From Desulfatiglandales bacterium (GTDB lineage Bacteria; Desulfobacterota; DSM-4660; Desulfatiglandales; Desulfatiglandaceae), in the NCBI GenBank assembly GCA_963666345.1, contig OY762721.1, forward strand, positions 1,312,001 to 1,376,000: DNA of 64,000 nt. The letters run 5' to 3'. The stretch's first letter is position 1; each line of letters opens with the position of its first letter. This document shows, piece by piece, positions 10,485 to 21,548 of this stretch. The position numbers and the translations under genes were made by a program. The notes below the pieces were generated by a model. The model saw nothing but the letters and a program-made list of their open reading frames with translations. It was not told the DNA's origin and did not search any database.

Positions 10485-11664
10485 CTCCTGTGAAAAATAT
10501 GTTTAGATATTCTCCTTCAAACCGGGCCTTTATATTTCCAATGGCCGAGATCCGCCTTGGAAGCAGCAGGTGCCTCTTAAAAGACCCCATCTTCACTATC
10601 AACTCGTCATGAAGCCTGTGGAGTTCTATATCCCTTTTCCCGGCAAACGGGAGCCTTATTGTGAGGCGGTAATCCCCGTCCTCCTTCACCAGGTTGTAGG
10701 GTGCCCCTTCGAAAAAACGGTCAAGAGGATTTTTACCCTGGTAGATCTGTAACCCGAACTCTCTCAGGGCGTCATATCCGAAGACCTCTCCCCTGGAAAG
10801 CCTGGCGGGAAAAATCGGAACAGGCTGGAAATATGAATCAGCCAGTTCCATATACCGGTCCTGGCTGTCCCGCCAGTCGGAGAAGAACTCATCGTCTATA
10901 TCTTCCGGCAGCATCCTGTTCATTATTATCCCGTCGATAAGCATGTGATAAAGGGAAAAATACATAAACGCGCGTTGCGTCTCCTTGAGCACTATCTTCT
11001 CCGGATTTGCAACCAGCCGCACCGTGGTTATTTCAGGGTCTATCAGCAGCTTGTCCACGCCCCGGAGTCTCTCAAAAAGATAGGCCACCGCCTCGAAATA
11101 ATCATCGCCCGGAAGCGGGACATCGTAGATTTTTCTGGCAAGCGGTCTCATCACCTTTGCCAGACTTCTCTCGACCTTGAATATCTTCTTTATGTACCAC
11201 TCCAGGGTGGTGGGTATGCTGATAAAGCGAATCGATTCACCGGTGGGGGCGCAATCCAGGATAATTACGTCAAACATCTCCTCTTTGACATAGCGGTTGA
11301 TATAGAGAAGCAGGCTTATCTCTTCCATCCCGGGAAGGACTGCGAGCTCTTCGGCAAGGATTTCATCCAGCCCCGTAGTATTGAACAGGAGTGAAAGGTA
11401 CTTGTGGATATTGCCCCAGTTCTTTTCTATTTCCTCCTGGACATCGAGCTCCTGTATCCAGAGATTTTCTCCGACCTTTACGGGTCTTCCCCTCTTCTGA
11501 TCCAGAAGATCGTTTCCAAGATCGAATATGTCCGCCAGACTGTGGGCCACATCAAGGGACATGATAAGAGTCCTGTATCCCATCTCTGATACGTTTATCC
11601 CTGTGGCCGCGGCCACACTGGTTTTCCCTACCCCCCCTTTTCCTGCAAAAAAAAGAATCCTCAT
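10459..11664 (-). CDS. ArsA/GET3-family ATPase with C-terminal HSP20-like domain
   Basis: GKGGVGKT, D.AHSL, PGMEE, DCAPTG motifs. Confidence 0.9.
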   Translation of the reverse strand: MRILFFAGKGGVGKTSVAAATGINVSEMGYRTLIMSLDVAHSLADIFDLGNDLLDQKRGRPVKVGENLWIQELDVQEEIEKNWGNIHKYLSLLFNTTGLDEILAEELAVLPGMEEISLLLYINRYVKEEMFDVIILDCAPTGESIRFISIPTTLEWYIKKIFKVERSLAKVMRPLARKIYDVPLPGDDYFEAVAYLFERLRGVDKLLIDPEITTVRLVANPEKIVLKETQRAFMYFSLYHMLIDGIIMNRMLPEDIDDEFFSDWRDSQDRYMELADSYFQPVPIFPARLSRGEVFGYDALREFGLQIYQGKNPLDRFFEGAPYNLVKEDGDYRLTIRLPFAGKRDIELHRLHDELIVKMGSFKRHLLLPRRISAIGNIKARFEGEYLNIFFTGDENGKERR

Positions 11665-11982
11665 CTAATCCTCTGGTTCAAGGTTCAGGGGAAAACCGGC
11701 CCTGAAAACCTTAGCCACAAGGGTAACGCGATAATAACGGATCTATCCGCCTTTGTCGCAAAAACCGGGTTTGTCCCGGCAGACTTCATATCGTCTCCCT
11801 GTATTTTTTTATTTTAGCACAGAAACCTGCCGGTTAAAAGATCATCCGGCTCACCCTTATTCCCCACCCCCTGAATCCTTGAACCCTCATAAAAAATCAG
11901 GTAACCTGCAGGCATGTATATCCAGTGGTCCGGATGATCTACCTCTAAAATTCGGCTGCAATAAAAACCTTGAGATCGACCC

Positions 11983-12951
11983 ATGATACCTATAAGAGAC
12001 ACGATACAGTCAAAAAACTACCCTGTAGTGAACAACCTCATCATCGGCCTGAATATATTGGTGTATCTTGTGCAGCTGAGCCATGGTCAGGACCTGAACC
12101 GGTTTATCTTTACATACGGACTGGTACCGGCCCGTTTTTCCTCTCCTGAGATCTCAACCTATTTCAGCACGGGCCAGCAGATCCTTTCCATGTTCTCATT
12201 CATGTTCCTGCATGGCGGATTCTGGCACCTCCTCGGAAACATGTGGTCTCTCTACATATTCGGCGATAACGTGGAAGACAGGCTCGGCCCTGTACGCTAT
12301 CTGCTCTTTTATATTCTGTGCGGCCTCGCATCCGGGCTGAGTCATCTTATTTTGAACTGGAATTCACAGGTCCCGACTATCGGCGCAAGCGGGGCGATCG
12401 CGGGCGTAATGGGGGCCTATTTCATACTCTATCCGGGCTCCCGGATACTCACGCTCATTCCCATATTTTTCATTCCCTATTTTATCGAAATACCGGCATT
12501 TTTCTTTCTGGGCCTCTGGTTTTTCCTCCAGTTCATAAGCGCCGCCGGATCCTCCGCCCAGGGCGGAGGCATCGCCTGGTGGGCACATATCGGCGGTTTT
12601 GTATTCGGGATGATCTTTCTCAAGCTCATTGACAAACTGCCTTCATCCGGAATCACAAGCCGGGTCAGGGAAAAAACCGCCAAGAAAAAGACTCACCATC
12701 TGCAGTCCATAAGGGTGACCGGTTCGGCACGAGACCCGCATTTATACGGATATATTACCATCACTCCTTTAGAAGCTCGGCTCGGCACAAAAAAACTGGT
12801 GAACATCCCGTGGGGGTTTAAAAAACGGCTTTTCAACGTGAACATCCCCGCCGGAGTCTCCGAGGGATCTAAGTTGAGGCTCCAGGGAATGGGAAGGCTT
12901 ATGGAGGATGATAAAAAGGGGAACCTTTACCTCAAGGTGAAAATTGAATAA
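11983..12951 (+). CDS. Rhomboid intramembrane protease fused to a DnaJ C-terminal-like domain
   Basis: MFLHGG..HLLGNM, IGASGA, AHIGGF; C-terminal IT.LEA.LG...IPAG...G.KLRL.G.G...GNLYL. Confidence 0.9.
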   Translation: MIPIRDTIQSKNYPVVNNLIIGLNILVYLVQLSHGQDLNRFIFTYGLVPARFSSPEISTYFSTGQQILSMFSFMFLHGGFWHLLGNMWSLYIFGDNVEDRLGPVRYLLFYILCGLASGLSHLILNWNSQVPTIGASGAIAGVMGAYFILYPGSRILTLIPIFFIPYFIEIPAFFFLGLWFFLQFISAAGSSAQGGGIAWWAHIGGFVFGMIFLKLIDKLPSSGITSRVREKTAKKKTHHLQSIRVTGSARDPHLYGYITITPLEARLGTKKLVNIPWGFKKRLFNVNIPAGVSEGSKLRLQGMGRLMEDDKKGNLYLKVKIE

Positions 12952-13003
12952 ATTTTTCTGCCCCGGAACTATTTTTGATGACATCGTAACAAGGCGAAAT
13001 TCA

Positions 13004-13194
13004 GACGGCACAGTAGAAAGTTCAAATGCAAGGCTTGCGCTTCCGGGAACCCGCCCCGAGCCTGTTGAGGGGTGGGACTGAGCAAGGCCCTTAGGGCCTT
13101 GCAAAGAATCTTGAGGAATGAGGCGTACTTATAGTACGTCGCAATGACGAAAGATGAAGCATAACGCAGCAGTTGGACTTTTTACGAAGCCGTC
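13004..13194. mobile_element. MITE-like non-coding element
   Basis: Imperfect terminal IRs GACGGCACAGTAGAAAGTTCAA / TTGGACTTTTTACGAAGCCGTC with internal hairpins; right end overlaps the fumC stop. Confidence 0.6.
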
Positions 13195-14596
13195 ATTTTT
13201 TATCTACTTTCCCCGGTCTTATCATCTTTTCCGGTCTTACGAGTGTGTCAAATTCCTCCTCTGTGACATATCCCAGTGAAACCGCACTCTGCTTCAGGGT
13301 AAGCCCTTTTTCATGCGCCTCATGCGCTACCTCTGCGGCCTTGTCATAGCCTATATAGGGGCTGAGAGCCGTAACCAGCATAAGTGATTTGTTTAACAGT
13401 TCCTCTATCCTGCCCCTGTCGGCCGTAAGACCCTTCAACAGATTTTCGGTAAAACTCCCGGCTGAATCGGATATCAGTCTCACTGACTGCAGCAGGGAAT
13501 AGATCATTACAGGCTTGAACACATTCAGCTCGAAATTGCCCTGGGAGCCGGCAAAACCGACTGTCACGTCATTTCCTATTACCCTGGCCACAACCATTGT
13601 GAGGGCCTCGCACTGTGTCGGGTTTACCTTGCCGGGCATTATTGAGCTTCCAGGCTCATTTGCCGGGATAACAAGTTCTCCTATCCCGCATCTGGGACCA
13701 CTTGCAAGCCACCTTATATCGTTTGCGATCTTCATCAGGCTGCACGCGATCGTCCGAACCGCCCCGCTGGCCTCCACAACGGCGTCGTGGGCCGCCAGAC
13801 CTTCAAACTTGTTGTCGGCGGCATTAAAGGGCAGGCCGGTCAGCTCTGCGATATTCCTTGCGGAAATGAGATCAAAGCCCTCGGGCGCGTTAAGGCCCGT
13901 GCCCACGGCCGTGCCTCCTATCGGCAACCTGTACAGGTTTTTAAGACACCCCCTGGCCCTTTCTACGCCCAGTTCCGCCTGTTTTGAATAGCCTGAAAAC
14001 TCCTGGCCCAGAGTGAGAGGAGTGGCATCCTGAAGATGCGTCCTTCCTATCTTGACAATGTCTGCGAACTCTTCCGTCTTTTCATCGAGCACGGCCTTTA
14101 GCGATTCAAGAGACGGTATCAGATGCCGTTTTATCGATTCGGCTGCGGCAATATGCATGACCGTCGGGAATGTGTCATTTGAAGACTGGGACATATTCAC
14201 GTGATCGTTAGGATGCACAGGGTCCTTGCTCCCTAGCAGGCCGCCTGCCATCTCCACCGCCCTGTTGGAGACAACCTCGTTGACGTTCATATTGGTCTGG
14301 GTACCGCTGCCTGTCTGCCATACGACCAATGGGAAATGTTCGCCGAGCATACCCTCGATCACCTCTTCAGAGGCCCGTATTATCAGTTCTCCGATTTCCG
14401 GTTTGAGCATGCCCAGCTCCATGTTTGCCATGGCGCAGGCCTTTTTGAGTATGCCGAAGGCCCTGATTATCTCTTCAGGCATCCTCTCATTACCGATCCT
14501 GAAATTTTGGAATGATCTCTGGCTCTGGGCCCCCCAGTATCTGTCTTCAGGGACCTCGATGCTTCCCATTGAATCTCTTTCAATCCTGACTCCCAT
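13193..14596 (-). CDS. fumC: Class II fumarate hydratase
   Basis: [38 protein letters not shown] before ATG 14596. Confidence 0.97.
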   Translation of the reverse strand: MGVRIERDSMGSIEVPEDRYWGAQSQRSFQNFRIGNERMPEEIIRAFGILKKACAMANMELGMLKPEIGELIIRASEEVIEGMLGEHFPLVVWQTGSGTQTNMNVNEVVSNRAVEMAGGLLGSKDPVHPNDHVNMSQSSNDTFPTVMHIAAAESIKRHLIPSLESLKAVLDEKTEEFADIVKIGRTHLQDATPLTLGQEFSGYSKQAELGVERARGCLKNLYRLPIGGTAVGTGLNAPEGFDLISARNIAELTGLPFNAADNKFEGLAAHDAVVEASGAVRTIACSLMKIANDIRWLASGPRCGIGELVIPANEPGSSIMPGKVNPTQCEALTMVVARVIGNDVTVGFAGSQGNFELNVFKPVMIYSLLQSVRLISDSAGSFTENLLKGLTADRGRIEELLNKSLMLVTALSPYIGYDKAAEVAHEAHEKGLTLKQSAVSLGYVTEEEFDTLVRPEKMIRPGKVDKK

Positions 14597-14789
14597 CTGA
14601 TAAGCCTCCGATATACGCGATTTGTTTACCACGGGACCTTAAATCATGAAACCCTGCCTTTATTGAGAGCAAAACCGGACCAGGGCAGGCTGATTGCTCA
14701 GGCACCATGTCCGGGTCTTTTCTATGTCCCCCGGTTCCTGTTTTTTGAGAATGCGTCAAGGTCTTTCATTGGAACATGGATACAACCGA

Positions 14790-16181
14790 CTAAACGGACA
14801 AGCCTTCAAGGAACAGATGCCGCCTGTAAAGGGCTCCAAGGGTTCTTACGGCCCTGGGCAGAGAGGGAAGTGATACCACATGGCCGTCCCTTTCAAGTTT
14901 TCTGGAAACGGTTTTCTGCTCAGGCCCGTAGAGCCAGGCAACCACAGGCTTTTCCCGATATTTGGATGCAATATACCGTATTGTCCCTGTGGCATCAAGA
15001 TATGAGTTTTCCGGCAGTTCGGGGGCTATTGCGATACAGATCACACCATCCACGTTCGGATCTTCAAGCACTGCTTCCAGGGCCACGGAGTAGACATGAT
15101 CCATGCTGTTTTTCATGACGGCAGGCCAGATATCGACAGGGTTCCCTATCGGCATCCATGAAGGTGAAAGGTCCTTTATCGCGGTTATGGTATAAGGGGA
15201 TAATCGGGCCGGTTCAAGCCCCTGGTCATACATGTCGTCGATAAGGATGATCCCCCCGGCCCCCGTAAAGGTGACTATTGCCACCCGGTTCCCCTTCATC
15301 GGGGGGAGATTGAGCAGCGCCTTTGTAAAATCCAGGATATCCTCAGGGTCACTCGTGGATATGATCCCGGTCTGCCTGAATGCGGACTCAAAGACCTCAT
15401 GGCTTCCCACCATGGAACCGCTGTGAGACGCCGCGGCCCTGGCACCCATTTCAGACCTGGCGGTCTTGAGAGACACTATCGGCTTTCTGCGCGAAACCCT
15501 TTCAGCGGTTTCAAGAAAACGCCTGCCGTCGTTCATCCCTTCTATATGTAAAAAAATCACCTCTATGTCGTCATCTTCTCCGAAGTATTCAACGGCATCG
15601 GAAAAATCCAGGTCGCAGGAATTTCCCAGATCTATACCCTTTCCCATGATGCCCGTAAAAAGGGAAGAACCCACAAAAAATATGCCCGACTGGCAGACCA
15701 CGCCTACCGGCGCTATCTCCCTTTTGAGCGGCATAAAGGATGAGGTAAAACCTGAAAAGGCGTTAATCACGCCGAGAGTGTTGGGTCCGAGCAGTCTGAT
15801 GCCCGTTTCCCCGGCGATTTCCGTCAGACGTAACTGGAGTGAATTACCCTTTTCATCTGAATCGGAAAATCCCTGAGGAATTATGATTGCCGATTTTATT
15901 CCCTGAGATGCGCACTGCTTAAGGATTGGAGGGATGGTCTTTCTGGGCGTGTTTATAATGGCCAGATCAACAGGCTCTTTTATTTCCTTTACATCGGGAA
16001 ATGCCCTTATACCGGCGATTTCTCCCGCCATCGGGTTTACAGGGTAGATCTTTCCCCTGTAACCGAAATCAAGCATGTTTTCTATTACGTTGAAACTTCC
16101 CCTGCCCGTTTTTCTGCTCGCCCCTATTACTGCGACGGAACGTGGATTCATAAAAGGTTCGATCTTTTCCTTGCTCATCAC
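14790..16181 (-). CDS. Acyl-CoA synthetase (NDP-forming) alpha-like CoA-binding protein
   Basis: SVAVIGAS, LLGPNTLG, QSG, SHSGS, GNPVD. Confidence 0.85.
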   Translation of the reverse strand: MMSKEKIEPFMNPRSVAVIGASRKTGRGSFNVIENMLDFGYRGKIYPVNPMAGEIAGIRAFPDVKEIKEPVDLAIINTPRKTIPPILKQCASQGIKSAIIIPQGFSDSDEKGNSLQLRLTEIAGETGIRLLGPNTLGVINAFSGFTSSFMPLKREIAPVGVVCQSGIFFVGSSLFTGIMGKGIDLGNSCDLDFSDAVEYFGEDDDIEVIFLHIEGMNDGRRFLETAERVSRRKPIVSLKTARSEMGARAAASHSGSMVGSHEVFESAFRQTGIISTSDPEDILDFTKALLNLPPMKGNRVAIVTFTGAGGIILIDDMYDQGLEPARLSPYTITAIKDLSPSWMPIGNPVDIWPAVMKNSMDHVYSVALEAVLEDPNVDGVICIAIAPELPENSYLDATGTIRYIASKYREKPVVAWLYGPEQKTVSRKLERDGHVVSLPSLPRAVRTLGALYRRHLFLEGLSV

Positions 16182-16271
16182 AAAGATCTCCGGAATAAGT
16201 CAGGAGGAAGCTGAAGACAATTTAGTTCAGTTTTTATTAGGTTTAATAATAATATGTGTCAATAGAATTTT

Positions 16272-16628
16272 TTATTCCTCCTTTTCATCCTTATCTTCAG
16301 GAAGCCTCAATTTGCATGCCTTAAGTAATTGAGGATCACCTTCCACCTTGAGTTTTCCCTTTACAAGGGCCATCTTTATTTCCTCTATATGCGTCTTTTC
16401 ATCGTCAAAGATGACCGTCGCGGACTCTTCACCTTCGTAATTTGTCTTTACACCGGTTACTCCCTCAACATTCATAAGGATAGATCTTACCCTTTCAGGA
16501 GTACCCGCTCAAACAGGACCAGGTACCCTCAGTTTGACTACCCTGGCGTCAGCCTTGACCTGATACGGACAGGCCAGGGAATACATAAACGCCGTAACCA
16601 TCAACAGGGGAAGAATATGTCTCTTCAT
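16272..16628 (-). CDS. Secreted HMA/MerP-like domain selenoprotein (UGA at codon 40)
   Basis: ATG 16628 gives a signal-like N-terminus, then VVKLRVPGPV-TGA(16509-16511)-AGTPERVRSIL..VEGV, in frame with the 67-aa ORF. Confidence 0.75.
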
Positions 16629-16810
16629 TTCATTACCACCTTTCAGAGTTTTTTTATCCATACCCCTTAAAAATAACTACGATTGCCTTTATGACAAATC
16701 ATGTTTTAACAAGTCGTTGTAATTTCGGAAGAAAAAAGGGCGGCCACTTCACCGGCATATTATATTCAGGCAGGTATTTGATGAAAGGAGACCTTCCGGG
16801 CCGAGGTTTA

Positions 16811-17530
16811 TCACGGCTTTTTTCCAAAGGGGCACACCTTTATGCATATACCGCAGATGGGGGACCCGATCCCGGGCATTTCGGAAAACTCACTTATCAA
16901 CTTTTCCCTGCACCGGGAAAAATAAAGGGCCTCGTCTCTGTCCCGGTAGTGATCCTTCGTGGAGACACCTTTTATGGCCCCGGCCGGGCAGGCATCTTTA
17001 CAGAGGGTGCAATCCCCGCAGCGGTTTTTCAAAGGCTCATCAACCTTTAAAGGCGCCTCCGTCAGCACCGTCACAAGCCTCACCCTGGAGCCGTATTGAG
17101 GTGTAATAAGCAGCAGGTTTTTACCCTGCCAGCCCAGTCCGGCCACTCGCGCCACCGCCTTGTGGCTTATCGCCCCATAAAGGTTTTCTCTATCCGTGAC
17201 CTGGGATGCCGGTATCGGAAGGCTCCTGAAGCCGTCATTCTGCAGCGCCGCAGCCGTCTTAAATGCGATTTCATCAAGGACCCTGTTTGCGGTCCGGTAG
17301 ATTGACGCGTAAATCGGTGTCGGCCTGTCATCTATAGTCTCAAACACGGACAGGGGCAGCTTGAGGGCGATGGCGACTGCCCTTGAAAAGGGTTTCAACA
17401 GATCCGGCGGATCAACCCTGAGGGCCGCAAGTGAGTCTATATCCGCGACTCCTACCAGATCCGCTCCAAGACCTGTTATCTTTCCCCTGGTTTTTTCATC
17501 ATAATCCTGATTCAGAGCCAGTTTTTTCAT
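16811..17530 (-). CDS. Epoxyqueuosine-reductase-like 4Fe-4S protein
   Basis: GADLVGVA, SHKAVARVAGLG..GKN, CxxCxxCxxxCP and CxxCxxxCP. Confidence 0.85.
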   Translation of the reverse strand: MKKLALNQDYDEKTRGKITGLGADLVGVADIDSLAALRVDPPDLLKPFSRAVAIALKLPLSVFETIDDRPTPIYASIYRTANRVLDEIAFKTAAALQNDGFRSLPIPASQVTDRENLYGAISHKAVARVAGLGWQGKNLLLITPQYGSRVRLVTVLTEAPLKVDEPLKNRCGDCTLCKDACPAGAIKGVSTKDHYRDRDEALYFSRCREKLISEFSEMPGIGSPICGICIKVCPFGKKP

Positions 17531-17974
17531 GTTTCGCTCCCTTTGAACCACGTTTTTTGCCCTTGATAATAACCATAACATGCAAATTATGCAATCTTCT
17601 CTCCAAAAATGACTCGGCAAAAATCACGTTGAGCTTTGAATTATTATATTCTATTATATTAAGTGGTTCTTCTTCGATTTAGTTGTGTAAAAGGGTTCAA
17701 GGATTCCAGGGTTCCGGGGTTCAAGTGATTGATATTTAAATATGGTATTACTACCACATCGAATTTTCTTTTGCTTGTGTGCACATATTTTATCGACCAA
17801 AAATCAGAATCCTATTAAAGAAGACATGAAAAGGCCCTGCAGCCCTCCGTGCGGCGACCGGGACATATAAAGACGAATCAAAGCGCAGACGGGGCATTAT
17901 TCCACCGGCATGTTTCTTAAAACGTTTCTTTCATTTTCATGACCTTATTTTGCCCATAATCGGAGGACTCCCCT

Positions 17975-20335
17975 ATGCAGCAAAGGAAAAGCAAGGAGGA
18001 CCTTGAACAAAGGCTCACCGAGCTCAAAGATGAAGCCGAAAGGTTGAAAACAGCTGAAGAGGCACTGCGCAAAAGTCAGAGGCAGCTTTCTGAAATCGTT
18101 CAGGGAAGCCCCATAGCGACCTTTGTAATAGACGACTCACATATCATAACCCACTGCAACAGGGCATTTGAAAACCTCACCGGCATAACTCCCGGAGACA
18201 TCATAGGAAGTACCGACCAATGGAAGGCCTTTTACCCCAAAAAAAGGCCTGTTCTTGCCGATTTCATAGTCAACAAAGCCTCCGCCTCTGAAATCGCCGG
18301 ATACTACGGGGCCAAATTCAGGAAATCCACCGTCATTGAAGGCGGCTACGAGGCGGAAGACTATTTTTCAGGCCTTGCCGGCCAGGGCAGATGGCTTTTT
18401 TTCACGGCCGCCCCTCTCAAGGACGGAGAGGGGAATATAACAGGCGCCATAGAGACTCTTCAGGACATTACAGACCGCAAAAGGGCTGAAGAGGAACATG
18501 TAAAATCAGAGATACGCTACAGGACACTGCTTGATTTCGCCCCATATCCCATAGTGGTCTTCACCCTGAACGGACTTGTTACCTATCTCAACCCCTCCTT
18601 CACGGAAATCTTCGGATGGACGCTCGATGAACTTGAAGGGAAAAACATACCCTATGTCCCCCCCGGCCTTGAGCAGGAGACTCACGAAAATATCGAAAGG
18701 CTTTTTGAAGAAAAACAGCTGGTTCGCTTTGAGACAAAAAGGCTCACCAAAGACGGCAGGATACTTGACGTAATAATGCGGGCGGCGGTGTTTCTCGACA
18801 CCGAAGAAAGACCCGCAGGTGAACTGGTGATACTGCGTGATATAACCCAGGAAAAGAGGATCGCGCGCAGCAACGCGGCTATGCTCAGGATAAGCATGGC
18901 GCTTCCTGAATACCCGGAGCTTGAGTATCTCCTGGATTACGTGAGTAACGAGGTCAAGCGCCTTGTGGGCACGGAGGGGGCGTATTTCATATTCCTGGAT
19001 GAAGAAAGGGAGGAGCTCTATTTTCTGGGTGTTGCCCATGACAGGACCCTCACCAAAATAAAGCTGAAGGAAATCCGCTTTTCCATGGATGAACTGATAA
19101 CAGGCCAGGTAATAAGGACCGGAGAACCGGTCATAATATCCGACATATCGGCTAATTCCGAACTGCACAGGGCCAGAGACAAAAAGCTGGGGTACCATAC
19201 GAAAAACCTCCTTATAGTTCCCCTCAGAAGCAGCGATCGCATTATCGGGGCCGTGTGCGCCATAAACAAAAAGGAAGGGGACTTTGATCAGACAGATGTT
19301 GAACTGCTCAGCACCATAGCCGCTACGGTAGTTCTTTCCATTGAAAATGCCAGGTTTTCCGAGGAAATAAAAAGGGCCTACAGAGAAGTCACAGGCCTTA
19401 ACAGGGCAAAGGACAAGGTCATAAATCATCTGTCTCATGAACTGAAGACCCCGGTGTCCGTTCTTTCCGGTTCCCTCAATGTCCTGGAAAGAAGGCTCTC
19501 CCAGCTTCCTGAAGAAACCTGGAAACGTACCGTGCAGAGGGCGAGAAACAACGTGGACCGCCTTCTTGAAATCCAGTACGTGGTAGACGACATTTTGGAA
19601 GGCCGGCATCACAAGGCCTATAAGCTTCTTCCTCAGGTACTTGATCAGTGTCTGGATGAGATAGAGATAATGATAGCCCAGGAAATCGGGGAAGGCCCGT
19701 TAATCGATAGAATCAGAAAACGCATCGGCAGGCTTTTCGGCCCGAAGCAGGCGGAATACAGGAACATAATGCTTCACGATTTAGTGAAGGAAAGAATTGA
19801 GATTCTCAGACCCCGGTTCTCTCACAGGCAGGTGAAGCTTGAGACCCGGATGGATGAGGTCCCTCAGGTATACATGCCTTTAGATCCGCTGGAGAAGGTG
19901 GTAGACGGACTGATAAAAAACGCCGTTGAAAACACCCCTGACCAAGGGACAATCAAGGTGATCGTGGAAAAGCATGGTGAGGGGGCAAGCCTTACGGTCC
20001 ATGACTATGGAGTGGGCATAACAGAGGAGTCGCAGAGGCGCATTTTCGAAGGATTTTTCAGTACACAGGACACAATGGCCTATTCGAGCAAACGCCCTTT
20101 TGACTTCAACGCGGGGGGCAAGGGGGCGGACCTGCTGAGGATGAAGATATTTTCCGAGCGCTACAACTTCAGGATTGACATGGAGTCTTCAAGATGCAGG
20201 TTCATACCTGGTGAAAAGGACGTCTGCCCCGGAAGCATAAGCAGTTGCAAATTCTGCCGCAAAAAAGAGGACTGCATGAATTCGGGGGGAAGTTCATTTT
20301 CCATATTCTTTTCCGCCGCGCCTGACATGTCATGA
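17975..20335 (+). CDS. PAS-PAS-GAF sensor histidine kinase with Cys-rich tail
   Basis: DITDRK/DITQEK PAC ends, GAF, SHELKTP H-box, KNAVEN, DYGVGI, FEGFFST. Confidence 0.9.
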   Translation: MQQRKSKEDLEQRLTELKDEAERLKTAEEALRKSQRQLSEIVQGSPIATFVIDDSHIITHCNRAFENLTGITPGDIIGSTDQWKAFYPKKRPVLADFIVNKASASEIAGYYGAKFRKSTVIEGGYEAEDYFSGLAGQGRWLFFTAAPLKDGEGNITGAIETLQDITDRKRAEEEHVKSEIRYRTLLDFAPYPIVVFTLNGLVTYLNPSFTEIFGWTLDELEGKNIPYVPPGLEQETHENIERLFEEKQLVRFETKRLTKDGRILDVIMRAAVFLDTEERPAGELVILRDITQEKRIARSNAAMLRISMALPEYPELEYLLDYVSNEVKRLVGTEGAYFIFLDEEREELYFLGVAHDRTLTKIKLKEIRFSMDELITGQVIRTGEPVIISDISANSELHRARDKKLGYHTKNLLIVPLRSSDRIIGAVCAINKKEGDFDQTDVELLSTIAATVVLSIENARFSEEIKRAYREVTGLNRAKDKVINHLSHELKTPVSVLSGSLNVLERRLSQLPEETWKRTVQRARNNVDRLLEIQYVVDDILEGRHHKAYKLLPQVLDQCLDEIEIMIAQEIGEGPLIDRIRKRIGRLFGPKQAEYRNIMLHDLVKERIEILRPRFSHRQVKLETRMDEVPQVYMPLDPLEKVVDGLIKNAVENTPDQGTIKVIVEKHGEGASLTVHDYGVGITEESQRRIFEGFFSTQDTMAYSSKRPFDFNAGGKGADLLRMKIFSERYNFRIDMESSRCRFIPGEKDVCPGSISSCKFCRKKEDCMNSGGSSFSIFFSAAPDMS

Positions 20336-20370
20336 AAAAGGGGCAAAAGCCCCGTTCATCTTTGCCCCTT
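20336..20370. terminator. Hairpin between convergent genes
   Basis: AAGGGGCAAA...TTTGCCCCTT. Confidence 0.55.
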
Positions 20371-21548
20371 CAATTACCAAGAAGGGGATGAGTCCGGATA
20401 AGGGCATCTATCCTTTCCAGGACATCTTCCCTTACCTCTCCTTCCCGCGGCTCATCAAGGCGTGAGATGAAAAAATTCCCGTAATAGTCTTCTTCTTCAT
20501 CGTCATCCCATTCGACCCCTGCCAGGATCTCCGAGCCTTTTTCAGGAAGTTTGACAGGCAGATTCCGCCCGCTTATAAGCCCCCACATACCTGCCCAGCA
20601 GCGGGCGAGCGCCAGGGGGTGGTAACCTCCGCCGCCGATTACCAGGAGCCTTGGAATCCCGTTTTCATTTTCAGGGCAAAGCCCCGTTACCGTCCGGACC
20701 GCTTCAAGAAACAGCTGGGTGGATACCTCGAATTTTCCGAGCGGGTCTGAAAAGATGATGTCGGTGCCTGACTGAAGCACAACCGCATCGGGCCGGAAAC
20801 GCCTGAACAGCCGGGGGAATACCTGCTTGAAGGCCGCGCGGTATTCGCTGTCGTTAATACCCTTTGGAAGAGGAAGGTTTACGAGGTTGTCGTGCGCGCC
20901 TCTGTCCCGGATCCTTCCGCCTTCAAAAGGATAGGCATAAGAGGTGTCCATATGAATCGAGGCAACGACCGTGCCGGGATCATCCCTGAAGGCATGGACG
21001 ACCCCGTCAGGCAGATGCGCGTCGAGATCGATATAAAGCACCTTCATTCCTTCACTACGAAGCCTCATAACACCCAGCACTCCGTCATTAAAGAAACAGA
21101 ACCCGCGCGCCCTGCCGGGCATTGCATGATGCATTCCGCCTGCCGGATTAAAGGCGACCCTTCCGCCTATAACCTGCTCGGCCCCCTGAATGCTGGCCCC
21201 CGCGGCGGTCGCAGGTGTGGTGAAAAAGCCCTCGAACCAGGGGTTTTCAAAGTTTCCGAAGTTGTACTTTTCCCGGTAGCTGGCAGATATCCTGCGGGTT
21301 TTTTCGCACTCCCTTACAGCCTCGATATAGTCCCTTTTGTGAAACCGCCCGAGCTCCTCAACCGTCGCCTGCCGCGATTCGATGTATTCGCCGTCTTCGA
21401 TGGCACCGAAACTCCTTATGAGATCAAGGGTAAGCGCCACTCTCGGAATTCCGAGGGGATGATTTTTCCCGTAACTGTGCCGACGAAACAGAGGGGCACC
21501 GAATATTACAGCCGCATGCCCCTCTTCAAAGCTCCCTTTACCTTTCAA
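20370..21548 (-). CDS. AcuC/HDAC-family deacetylase
   Basis: HP...RV, GGMHHA, GFCFFND, YIDLDAH, DPLG, GGGGY. Confidence 0.9.
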   Translation of the reverse strand: MKGKGSFEEGHAAVIFGAPLFRRHSYGKNHPLGIPRVALTLDLIRSFGAIEDGEYIESRQATVEELGRFHKRDYIEAVRECEKTRRISASYREKYNFGNFENPWFEGFFTTPATAAGASIQGAEQVIGGRVAFNPAGGMHHAMPGRARGFCFFNDGVLGVMRLRSEGMKVLYIDLDAHLPDGVVHAFRDDPGTVVASIHMDTSYAYPFEGGRIRDRGAHDNLVNLPLPKGINDSEYRAAFKQVFPRLFRRFRPDAVVLQSGTDIIFSDPLGKFEVSTQLFLEAVRTVTGLCPENENGIPRLLVIGGGGYHPLALARCWAGMWGLISGRNLPVKLPEKGSEILAGVEWDDDEEEDYYGNFFISRLDEPREGEVREDVLERIDALIRTHPLLGN

